In this document: piece after piece, positions 48,801 to 60,200 of the stretch | Position numbering within the stretch: the first letter of the stretch is position 1 | Layout of the letters: the number at the start of each line of letters is the position of its first letter | DNA from: Amoebophrya sp. A120 | Lineage: Eukaryota > Protista > Dinoflagellata | Direction: 5' to 3' | Assembly (NCBI GenBank): GCA_905178155.1 | Contig: CAJINV010000009.1 | Span: 1,671,907-1,735,906 of the forward strand | DNA: 64,000 nucleotides | Translations under genes and position numbers: made by a program | Notes under the pieces: generated by a model | Database searches by the model: none | Told to the model about the DNA's origin: nothing | What the model saw: only the letters and a program-made list of their open reading frames with translations

Positions 48801-51800
48801 GTAGTACCAGTGCTGGACGATGTCGCCACGTCATGAATTTCGCGCACTTGTAAAATTTCATCGATTCTGCGCCCTGTCACGATTTCAAGAAAAACCAGAC
48901 CCGCGGCAAAAATGTCGAAACTTGGGGACCGATAGTAGGGATTCGTGGTGATATTTGATGTCGAATCATCCGCACTGCTCGTTGCTGCGAATTGCTGAGC
49001 AGAAGTACTATCCATCGCCGCTGCTGGTGCTTGCTCCTGCTCGAAATTGGAACCGACGTCGTTTTCGGCTTCGGAGTCATCTTCAGATCTCAATCCATTT
49101 TCATCATTTTCAAGATTTCCTGCAGGAGCATCGCCATGGTTTAGGTTTTCTTGTCCGTCCGCTGTCATCTTTACCGAACCTTCACCAGCGTGCAATGCGG
49201 TCGTACCAGTTGCAGGAAAAAACGCCTCGGGTGGTAGGTATTCCGCGGTCTCTTCCTGCGCAGTGGGGCCCGTGCTAGAAAACAGATGCTCGTACTTTTT
49301 CAAATTTTCTGCTGCCGTCGTGTAGTGTATGTTTTTCCCGTCTTTTTTCCCAGGCTTCGGAAAGAACACCGCCGAGCCGAAGTCTGCAATGCGAAGGTGG
49401 AGCTCATGCTGCTCGTCCTCACGAATGAGCAAATTTCCGAGTTTTATGTCCCGATGTGTGATACCCACAGCGTGGATCTCCGCCAGACCATGCAGAAGCT
49501 GGTACATGATGGACTTCATGACTTTCAAGTTGCTCATCTGCCCCTGATCGTCGCCAGGATGTGGTCGGCCTGCGGAACCCCCGCCTGCTTCCAGTGTTTG
49601 CAGTGGGGAGGAGCCCCGGCCGCCACTTCCACCGGTGCTTACAGCCAGCGCATCTTCGACGCCCTCGCTGAGTGAAGGATTCCACGGCAAGGCAGGTGGT
49701 GAAACAAGAGGACCCATCGACGAAGGATCGAGCGTCTGGTGGAGGAGGACACCATCTGGATTTCTTCTCTCGTCAGCTGCGCCTGCTGCTGCAGTCTCCG
49801 GCAGTGGAATCGCGGGAGGGAGTAGCGCTTGCTCGAGTTGCAGCTGTCCGCTCTTCGAAGATGCTGGTGCAAAGCCGTTGTTATACGCCACAACCCACGA
49901 GGCCGCAGCGGACTCGAGATGCTGCGATGAGGAAGAGCTGCTTGTGTGGAAGTCTAGCAGTGACGCCGGAGCGCCTGAATGCTGGTCACCAGTTGTAACG
50001 GGCGCGTAAGCCGATCCGGTCGGCGGGCTTGTTCGCGGCACGAGAGCAGCTTCTTCCCCCGCCGCAGAAGGCGACCTGGTACCAGTTCCCTGGCTCGGCC
50101 CAGCTCGAGTGTTTCTTGCTGGAGACTTCAGAGACCACCTATCAAAAGGAAAAATCCCCCCTCCCCATATCAAAACTGAAATCTGTGATGCAGATTTGTT
50201 GTCACAAATCAGCTTTGTCATGCTACACGGGAAAAGATGCGGACTGTAGTGCTGGGTGGCGTGGGGGAGCCTTGCATCTTCAGCATGATAGGAGGCAGCT
50301 GAGAGTGGGAAACAGCATGACAAATTGCCTGCAAACGAGACCACGACTGCGGCTCTTGGCCTTCTAGCATGACAAGTCGATTTGGTACCTCAAATCCTGC
50401 ATCACAGATTTCCATTTCGATATGGGGAGGGGGGATTTTTCCGTTTGATACCACCAAAACGGACTTGGCTCGACCGTGGTGCCGTCCGCAGACACCCACT
50501 ATGGAGAGAAAAAAGTTTGTCACAGTCACTAAGTAGTTGCAGGTTTTGCATTACAAATTTTTTTAGCATCACAACTTCTCCTTGTATTGCAGAAACACTA
50601 GGGAAATCCCTTATGAAGTGTTGCTGTGATGCATTTTTACGCATGACAGACAATTTTGTGTTGCAAAAATGCCCATGAGTGATCGTGACGAACTTTTTTC
50701 TTTTGATACCCACCAGAGCAGGTGCAACAGCGAATATCCTTCGTTGACGAAAACCAGCCACATTTGGTCTTTGTTTTGCCCTGCCGAGAAATGGTCCAAG
50801 TACCTAGCCACGTGGGGCGCGTGCCGCAATTTCACACCAAAGAAAATTTCTCGCTCCCCCGACCGGCGGATTTCGCCTTTGGGCGCCGGCTCCTCTTTAT
50901 GCTGATTTTTGGCGTGCCTGGTCGTGGCCAGCTTGACTTCATCCTTCTCCGTGAACAGCCGTTTCAATACCACCTCCTGATATTATGACAATGCACAACT
51001 CCCCCTCCCCCTCATTTGTCATGCAAAACCCCAAATCCACGTGCTTCCCTGTGGTACTGTTTGCATGACAGATTCCGGAAGCCCAAACAGTACTACACTA
51101 GGCGCATGAATTTGTCATGTATAGGCTCCTTGTGTGCTGGTGCTTTTATTGCCGTTCATGCTATACAAAAGAGGGGGAGGGGGAGTTGTGCACTGTCATA
51201 GGTATTCCCCCGTTGCAGTTCGCTCCAGCGCTCGCCAGACCTCGCCGAAGCTTCCACGCCCGATTCGCGTGCGCGTGTCCCGCTGGTCCGCTGAGCGGAA
51301 GAAATAGCTGTCGTCGTCCTCCGTGTAGCCACCACTACTTGCCGACGCGCCGCCTTCTAGCATGTGGGGAATATTATCGCCGCGCGATGTTGACGCAGTG
51401 CCTTTCGTTCTCCTTCTCTTGTTCGCGAAGCTGGTGGCGTACAGATCGGCAAGCCGGTCGTAATCGTACTGGTCCTGTTGGTGGTCGTAGCTGTAGCTCA
51501 GCGTGGTGACGATTCTCTGCGCCAGCTCGCGGTACGGCAACTGAATGCCCCGAGCCATGAAAAACGAGTCCACACGTGGAACGAAGCGGTTATTTCTGTC
51601 GGTTATCATTCCTTTTCCAGGTGACTGGTGTCCCGGCAGATGACTTTCTGTTGCAGATGGTCCTTGCAACAATGGCTGGTGTGTTCCATAATCAACATTG
51701 CGGAAGTTGTCACCGCTTCCAGGAGCTGGAATCAGTTGCAGGCCCTCTCCTGAGGTCGGGCTGTAGGTCAACCATCGCGAGGACAGAGCGGACGAGGACG

Positions 51801-52899
51801 TTGATGCGACGTAATTGCTGGCACCACTAGCACTATCATCGTATCCATGCAGTCCGCGTGTTACTGGCAAAGGATTTACAGCATTTCGGTCGGGGCACAC
51901 GGCCTTTCGCGGGAAATAGAACTGCCTCCCAGAAGCAGTTGTTGAGGAAGGTTGATCTCCTCTTCTCGGCTGCGAAATCGATTCGTCGTCGTGATCGCGT
52001 TCGTCTTCGCTTGGGAGGTCTTCCTCATCCACACGCGGGCCCTGCTTAGGGAAAGAGGCACTGTTCCTCGCATCTGCTGCTCTGCCCGAGCCCGTCCGGC
52101 TACGATCCTCTGCAGATGGTAGATAACGCCCTGCATTCGGAGGTTCAGAGTCCTCTACTCCGGCAATCTGCTCAGGCCCTAGTCCGGCCTGCTCAACGCC
52201 ATCTACGGGGCAGCGCAAGTCGATGTCAATGCGCTCAACCAGAATGTACCGCCCATATTCGAGGACCGCGCCCGGGCGTAAATGGATCTCCTGCAGGGCA
52301 CCTGCTGCCGCTGCATCGCTTTCACCTTCTTCTGCTGGATGCATCGTTGCAGAGACAGAAGCTGGTCTTGCAATTCCTCGGTGCTCGATATCAACACTTC
52401 TCTGGGAGGCGAGCGCCAGCTCCCTCGATGTGATTTGCGATGAAGGCTTGTCGCGATCGTTGCCGCTCCTTCCTGATCTCGAGTCATCTACAATATGATT
52501 TGAGGGACTCGACGTCATACTCAGGCTCATGTCGATGCAACTCGCCTCATGATCCCCCTGAGATTCCATATTCTTGACGCCGTTTTTGTAGCAGACATTT
52601 TCTCCATCAACGCCGGAAATTTTACCGCCATTCGCTGAAGGCCCTTCAATTTTGCGGGTCCTGGTCGTGAAGGAAAACGACGTTCTTGCGATTAGAAGTT
52701 GAAGTATCGAATAAAAATTCCAGTTGTAGAAGACGCTGCAGCATAGCAGTAGCAGCACGAACAAGATGGTTGTGGAAAAGAGCACAGTCGCTCTGCCACA
52801 CCGGCGTGCGTTCCCCTGCTCCTGCGGCGGTACAACTACGGTAACTTCGATGGTCTGCTGGTCAACGACGTCGAGCTGGCTCTCTGCTGACTCGGGCAT
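45822..52899 (-). CDS. Membrane-anchored Ser/Thr kinase - PP2C phosphatase fusion
   Basis: N-terminal TM. Kinase motifs GRGSFGEV, VVLK, HRDIKLGN, DFG, YLPPE reassembled across 3 introners. In-frame GT-AG intron 47441-47946 leads into PP2C (VFDGH, AQIGDC, SRSIG, GSDGLFD, SDNVS). Confidence 0.75.
50140..50450. mobile_element. Introner, family J
   Basis: ~50-bp TIR TATCAAA.GGAAAAATCCCCCTCCCCATATC...AAATCTGTGATGCAG; perfect TSD CCACC; joins SPFWW|SLKS. Confidence 0.93.
50500..50708. mobile_element. Introner, family B-like
   Basis: TATGGAGAGAAAAAAGTTTGTCAC ... GTGACGAACTTTTTTCTTTTGATA; perfect TSD CCCAC; joins LLWW|VSADG. Confidence 0.88.
50984..51200. mobile_element. Introner, family D
   Basis: TATGACAATGCACAACTCCCCCTCCCCCTC ... 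GAGGGGGAGGGGGAGTTGTGCACTGTCATA; TSD GATAT/GGTAT; joins TGEY|QEVVLK. Confidence 0.92.
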
Positions 52900-53983
52900 T
52901 TAGCTCCGCCTTCGAAAGTGGGTACGTACGGCAATGGGGACGTCCTCGTTGGTGCCACGTCTTCAATGAGATCTTTCGTCACAATCCCTCGTCACTTTTC
53001 GCAACGGACATGAAGATCTTTGAATAGCACGGAGGACCAGGAGGTGGTATGTGGATGTGGTGCTTTATGAATGAAATGAAACTTTTACAGTCGTTCTCGT
53101 TGCAGTTAGCGTTTTCGTCAAATAAAAAGCGTTTAATCGAAGCATGTTAGAACCATGAGGACCATCAAGTCAAAGAAATCACGTAAATAAAATTCTGACT
53201 AAATACTTTTCGTTCTTATTTCGAAGCGTTGGGCCCTGCATCATCGAATATCGATGGGCGTTATCATTCATATCAATGTCAATTTGGCAGGCTTTAGCTT
53301 TTGTCGAAATGCACACTAAAGCGCATGTAAAACGTACTTATTTATCTAATAGGCGGTCTGTAGAGGTACGTTCTTGCAATCTATCTCGACATGACGTTGA
53401 TACACATGCCTGTTACAGGGCGCGACCGCCACCGGCGTTTTTGCTTAGTATGCAATCAATCAGCGTGGCTTAGAGATAAGCATTTTGAGATCATCTGCAC
53501 ACGAGCGCGAGGACGCCGCGTGCCCTGTAGTTGAAGAGGAGTAAACAAGTTTTTCCGAAGTTCGTTTCGTCTTGATCTCCACTGCCGGGGATGACATGCC
53601 TGGGACAACTTCATCACGACCGGTGACGCGAAACAAGAGCTATAGATTCTTTATCACGACGAGAAGCACAAGATGAACCGTAGAGCTACGAAACACCACG
53701 GGTTCTTCAAAGCGGCAGGGGCAGAGCGACCAGGGAAAATCGGTGTCAAAAACGTGATCACAGTGGTGACTCCATCCCTGGTGGTGATGACGAGGAGTTT
53801 GTCGCTTTGTAGTTCCATTTTGTTCAATATCTATACCGTCCTCAACATTCTTCTACATTCTACATGATGTAACGCTTGGCGAGAGGTCTTTTTACAAGGT
53901 GGAGGTACACGTGCCACATTCCAAGAGCGAATCACGACTTTTTGGATCGTACAAATTGAAACTACAACTAGAAGCAGAGCTCA

Positions 53984-56462
53984 TCAGTTGGTTGCGTTGT
54001 CACTTTCTGCGTTGGCACGACCTCTTCCGGCAGGAGCTCCATCAAGAGCAGTACCTTCTTGCCGCTCTGCGTTTGGAGGTGTCGCGTTTCCGCTCTTTGC
54101 TTGCCGGGGGCTAAGTAGTGCTGCTTTCCACGCCGTGAAGGGTATCGGGTTTGTGTTCGTTTCTTCAGCGGGCAGAGCAGAACTAGTACCAGCCTCAGGA
54201 CTGGGGGAAGCGGCGTCAGCTGGGTCTTGTGCCCGCTGCCCGAAGTTACTTGACGACATCTCGTCCGCAACTGCAGACTCATTTCTCACGGACAAAGGCG
54301 AGAAAGAGCCGGATCGTTCTTCCGATATCGGAGTCAATTGCCTTACGGACGATGTGGACTCCTCAAGAACCACGCTCGCTGCCTTTTTTTGCGGCGCTGC
54401 GGACGCTTTTGTTGTGGACGCAACTGCAGTTGGGGTGGACACTTTTAATTGCAGCTGCGGGTCCGCTTCATGATCCCTGGTTGTACTCGTGTACGTGACT
54501 GGATATTCAACAACATCCTGCCTCGAACTGTTTCTGTTCCTCTGGTTATTTGCACCACCCCTGCCAGCTTCTACAATTTTCACCGTCAGCGGTTGCGCTA
54601 GGGCCTCGTCGTCGTCAACCGTTGCCACCTGGAGGTCCTCCTCGAGAACATCGCCTTCCTCCTCCCCACCGTAATAAAACTCGCTGTCGGCGGACATGTG
54701 GAGTTCCTTTTTGAACACGTTCGCGATGTCCTGCTCGGGGTAGAGACAGGTGTGACACGTGTAGAAGAAGAGCACGCAGCAGGTGACCAAAATCGCGACG
54801 CACCCAAGGAACAGGAACAACCACTCGTGGAGAAGACCCTGCATGGGCTGCGAGGGCGGGTACAGCTTGTGCAACTCTTTCATGATCGCGGTCCCATTCT
54901 TCAAGGTGTTGATGGGCTCCCAAACCTTGTAGACCGCGGACTTGTAGCAGCTGCGCTGCTCTTTGTCCTCGGCGCCGGTCTTCGGGTCGACCGGGCCAGT
55001 CCGGAAGCTGTGCGAGTAGCTGTTTAATTTTGCGATCGAAATTTTCATTCTATGCTTGAGCTTGGGCTGGAGGAGGAAGAGGAAAGACGACAACAGCGTC
55101 GTTTAAGTTTATTAGATCAACTATGCATGGTTTGCAGATAGAGATATTGCTCGTGCGTTGTAGAAATAATCATGAAGCAGCACCACAACTTCCTCGTCCC
55201 CCACTCTGTAGAAGACACAGTGACTGTGATTTCAAATACTTATGCCTTTATGTTCATCATGAAATATGATCACTTTCACTTCTCAAAACAAGGAGAACGA
55301 AAACAATAACAAGAACGTCGTGCGTTTTTGTTTTATACTAGCTGGTCCCTTCGCTAGTCTGCAACAGGAGACACACTGGGGCGTTCGACGAGAAGATGCC
55401 CGTCAGATTAGTCAGGGGCGCCTCTGACGCAAAGTAGAAAGGTATCGTGAGCAAAAACATCCCCACCCCAGAGTCAAGATGAGGATCTCGCAACACAAGT
55501 CGAGAAGTTTTGGGAGCCAAGCATGACAATTTCGTCTCTGTATTGTAGTGCAGTTTAGCAATTACAGCCGCAACACAAATCCATCTACTCATCCTGTTTA
55601 CAGCATCACAAAGTCCAAAACGCGATTGGAAACCAACGCCTCTCATTGGGATGCGCTTTACAAATCTTCCTGTGGCTGCAAATCTGCATGACAACTATGG
55701 GGTGGGGACGTTTTTACTCAGGATAAAAGGGTAGTTGTTGTTGTGTCCGACCGCGATTTTTTCGAACGTCTGCACGGGCTTCAAAAAATAATCCTCAAAA
55801 CTCGTCTTCATTGCTCCGCCAACTTTGCCCAAAACCCCAGCCGGAGGTGTCGCTTGATGCTCTTGTGTTCTTGTTTCACCTGCACCAGGTGCTGCTCTGT
55901 CACTTTCGTTTCGCACCGCGGCTTCGGCTTCGCCAGCGTCAAGAACAGAAGGCGTTGTTGTACCTCGGCCTCTACCCTTGTTGTACTCTTGCACATTTCT
56001 TCCTCCTGATCCAGTGCCTCCAGCAGCAGTCGACGCACCACCTTCTTCACGGATAATCTGGGTGCCACCCTGGTGGAGTTCCAAAAATTGAGAAGAGAAA
56101 CTAGTACTAGTCGCGTCAGACGATGCGCTGGTGCTCGGATTTCCATTTGGCTTCATGTCACTGGCAGGAAAATTCTCAGCAGCAGCACCATTTCCATGCC
56201 GGCCCCAGCCGGAATGAGCGTCTTGGCCAGCGTGATTTTCGTGTCGCTCCCGATTAGAAGTCACCCCGGTCGTGGCGCTGATTTCCACCGCACCGTGCGT
56301 CGCGGCCTCTTCGTGATTTTTGTCACCAAGAGAATCTGGATGTTTCTCGTGCTCCGGAATAGATTGGTCCCGTCGGCCACGAAAGCTCCGCCGTCCTGCG
56401 AGAGCGAAACTCGTCGGTGAGTGCAATGTCGCGAACCACGTAGCGAGTAGAAGTTTAAACAT
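53984..56462 (-). CDS. Type I membrane protein, 3 exons
   Basis: Signal peptide MFKLLLATWF...ALAG and TM WLFLFLGCVAILVTCCVLFFY. Joins across element 55443-55725 and intron ~55020-55338. Confidence 0.7.
55443..55725. mobile_element. Introner, family F (inverted relative to 30146-30424)
   Basis: TATCGTGAGCAAAAACATCCCCACCCCA ... TGGGGTGGGGACGTTTTTACTCAGGATA; perfect TSD AAAGG; joins NNYPF|YFASE. Confidence 0.92.
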
Positions 56463-57215
56463 TCGCACGAAGATTCGCATTTGAAGACACATCCTGTCCG
56501 AGTTGGCTTTCCTGGGTAGAAGGTAGTTTGTCAGACGAAGAAAGCGACAAGGTTGAACAGATCGATACCTGCTTTGTAACACAGAAGCAAGACTGATACT
56601 GAAGGAAAATACAAATAGACCAATACAGAAATGAAAAACTCAAAGAAACTGTTTTTGTTGTGGTGCTGGGTGAACATAGTAAAAGTGTTGTGTTGTAATC
56701 AAGTAAGAAGTAGCATGAAAGCGCATCTGCTATTCCGATCTAACACGGCGGGTCTGGGGTGACTACGAGCACGATTTTTGTATCGATGACGAATTATGAC
56801 ACGACTTGTCACGACCACGACGCAGCGAGAAAAGCGATTCAAATGTTACCTCTCCGCAGGAACAAGTCGCATCTTGGTTTTGGTTTTAGCACGACAGTCT
56901 GAACTTGAGTCTTCAGTTTCGATAACGCAAGATGCAAATCCAGTTTGGATTCCGTCAAATACTACGTTGCGACAGACGACGAATGACGCCGACACGAAAT
57001 CAAGTCGCGCCAGTGAACTGCTGATGCAGCAACATCGTCTGACGTTTCTTTTTTGATGTGCTGTCACGAGTCACGAACACGATCAAGATCAGCAAAACGC
57101 GCACCCGGGTAGGATGAGGCGTTGTCTCTATCTATCTTCCATGGGATTGCACAAAAAAAGTTATCGCGCAGCCATCGCTCGTCGATCCGTCCAGGTGGAA
57201 AAAGTATGAGTATCC

Positions 57216-60200
57216 TCAGCATCGGTTTTTCTTCCAAGAGCGCGAACTGAAAAACCAGGAGTCCAAATCGTCCACAATGGACTTTTCTGGCGCAGATGCT
57301 AGTGCGGCCTGCCTTGAGGATGGGCACTCCGGGTTCAGTATCGTCCGTTGCTCCTCGTCTGCGAACCCATGAGGTGGCACCAGACGGTCAGCATCATGAC
57401 CAGCCTGCGCCTCCTCAGGATAATGGTGGTAATCGTTGCACTGCTCAACCGCTTCGCTACTGCGTTCAGGACAGCGATCAAAGTCTGCAGTGATCACACA
57501 ATCTGCATGGCCCCGCCCGAGTCCATCTCCAGCGGCGTGATCCGCCGCCGCCGCAAGTACAGAAAGATCGATCGAGGATGATGGCCCAGCTGCTGACAGG
57601 ATATCCCCGGGTAGATGTCTTGTGGTTGTCGTGGTACTCCTTCGCGAAGCAGATGGGGACGTTTTGCCGCCATGCTCAGCGTGCTGCTGGTCTCGACGCT
57701 TCCGACTTGTTCCACTATTCGACCCGGAAGCTAGCACCCCGGCGATGATGCGTTCGCGGTTGTTTCTCGTCAGTGTACTTGAAGTAGTAGTCGTCCTAGT
57801 TGTTGCCGAGCCGTCCATGGGCCTCGCTTTCACTGAAGATGATTGCGATTTGCTAGCCTGGCTTGAAGAGGCATAGTTGTGAGCGCCGGCGCGGCCTCGG
57901 ACTGCGCTATGGTTTCTGGGATTGGAGGCCTGGCGTGGAGGCCCGCAGCGAGATGGTAATGCTGGCGCTCTGATAAGGTTAAGGATTTTTTTTATTTTAT
58001 TGATTTGTTTTTGTGAGTGTCGTGCTCAAGGATTTTTTGAAGCATTCAGCCCTACAACTTCCTTCTACTTTCGATGGCTGCTTTCGCAATTTTGCACAAG
58101 CAGAAGACATCAACAGGTAAAGACGAACGAGAAAGATATTATCTTTGTACCCGTGCTGTCCTCCATCAGCCGCATCCTCGACCTCGCGACGTCGCCGGAG
58201 ACTTTGGTCTCTCAAGCTCGCTTCGCGCTTTCGGCTTTCCTTTGCGTAAGTGGCTCGGCTGCGTTCTGCGGCGGCAAAGGCAGACTTCAGTTGCCGCACA
58301 GATTCTAGGGGATCCACCCGAGAACCCGAACCAAATCGCTGCGAGTGCTGCGAAATGCGAGCGGACGCTCGCGCGGTAGTGCGCGACAGCGGCGCGTGCG
58401 TGCTCCTACTCTCTAGCACACTGCCCGCCGCACCAGCAGATGCGTTCTTCGTTCTCGAAGAGGACGGATCATTGTATGCTGAAGTGCAGGAACTGTTTTT
58501 GCGAGAAGCGGTCGTCGTTGTTTTACACGCCTTTGTAGCGGCCGTCGTTCTGGTTCTGCCTCCAGCCGTGGTCACTTTGGTCGTGTTTCCCTTTCCACCG
58601 TGCGTCATCGCAGCGTTCGTACCACTTGGAGCTGTGCCCTCGTGGTCCTGCGTGTGCAAGTTCCGGTAGGATGGAGGCATGCTTTGTGACTGCAGTGCCG
58701 CACCGCTATGGAGATCATCCTGAGTTTGGGTACTACTACTATGCGGGTCCTGCATGGGCTTGGGCTGCAATTGCCGTAAATCGACTGGGTGATCAACATC
58801 TGCGGGCGGTGCATCATGTTCATGTTCCTCTAGTTGAGGCTTCATTTCAGGTCCGAACCGCGGAGCCTCTTGCGCGTAGTAGCTGTTGACAGATTCATCA
58901 AAATGATCCCAGAATGAGTAGAAGTAGTTAAGGTCTACAGGCAATAAAAATCATAATCAAGAGTAAGAAAATCTCAAATTTTTCCGCATTGTCTATTGAT
59001 GCAAATCCTCTCGAGACGGTCACAGGAGAAGTCCTAAAAAACATAGAAGTGGTACGCGCTCGTCAGCTGGCTCAATGCGAGACCGCCGGCTGCCGCACGG
59101 GCCGGGACCGTGCTTCCGTGGGGCTCCTCCAGGGGTGGATGAACTACAGGGCGCAGGAGCAGATTGGTTGCAATGCTCGTCGTCGTGAACATAGTACCTG
59201 CAATTGCGCCAGTTGCTGTTGCAGGTCCTGGTGCATTCGAGGAAGAACTCGATCCAGTGTACAGAAAATTTTTCTGTAGCTGTGCGGCAGCTGTGGTTTG
59301 GAGTACGGGTCTGGTAATTTGCAGTTTCTGCTGTGCCATCTGGGGCTGAGCTTCCAGCTGGAGGTGCTGTGGTACTGGTGCAGCCGTTGGATACGCTACG
59401 GCTGCTGGCGGGTCAGATCGAGCTCTGCTTGATGGTGCAGAACTGGGAAGAATTTCATCCCGCACAATCAATGCCGGCATGGGCACCAAGGGGGAAAACT
59501 GGGGCGGGCTGCACTCTCCCATCGAGGACCGCTCCTCAATGATCGGATCTAGATCACGCCGTCCGGAAATAAATTGTTCCGCGCGACGCCGGTCTTGGGG
59601 ATCAAACTGGTAGCGGACTGCCGTGGCCGGTACTGTCGTTGGACGGGAAGCTAGCCCGTCAAAACGAGGACTCGCTCCTCCTTCTGGAGAACTTTGCTGG
59701 GCTCCACTGCTGATTGCTGAATCGGCGTGACGTGCGGCCACGTCCGCGATCGCAGTTACACCGGCCGCATGCGGTTGGTTGCGAAATTTCTGCCTTCCAA
59801 GCGGTAGCTTAGGCGGTCCTTTAGGCAGGGTAGTTGAGGCAACGTGCAGGCTGCGCGCGGTCCAAAATGGCGAAGACGCGTCCGGCGGGGGCCGTTTCAC
59901 GGCCGGAGGCGGGGAGACGTGGCGCAGCAGCGGTGGCTCGGGCGACAGCTTTCGCAGGGTGGGTGGCGGCGAAAAGTGGCGCGTTACGGCATCTAGAAGG
60001 GATTCCGGAGGCTGCATTCCGCGCTGTGGCTCGGCCTGCTTCGGCAGAGCGAGAAAGTTGTGCTGTTCATTGTTTTGATAAATTAAGGCAGCTTCAGCTT
60101 ATGTCTCTGTGACTCGATAAAATCCCGCGTTCTGACGCAGCAGCTAGTAGCATAAAAGCCACCACGGCGACAAGAGAGGTCAGAACTACAGATCGTTGGA

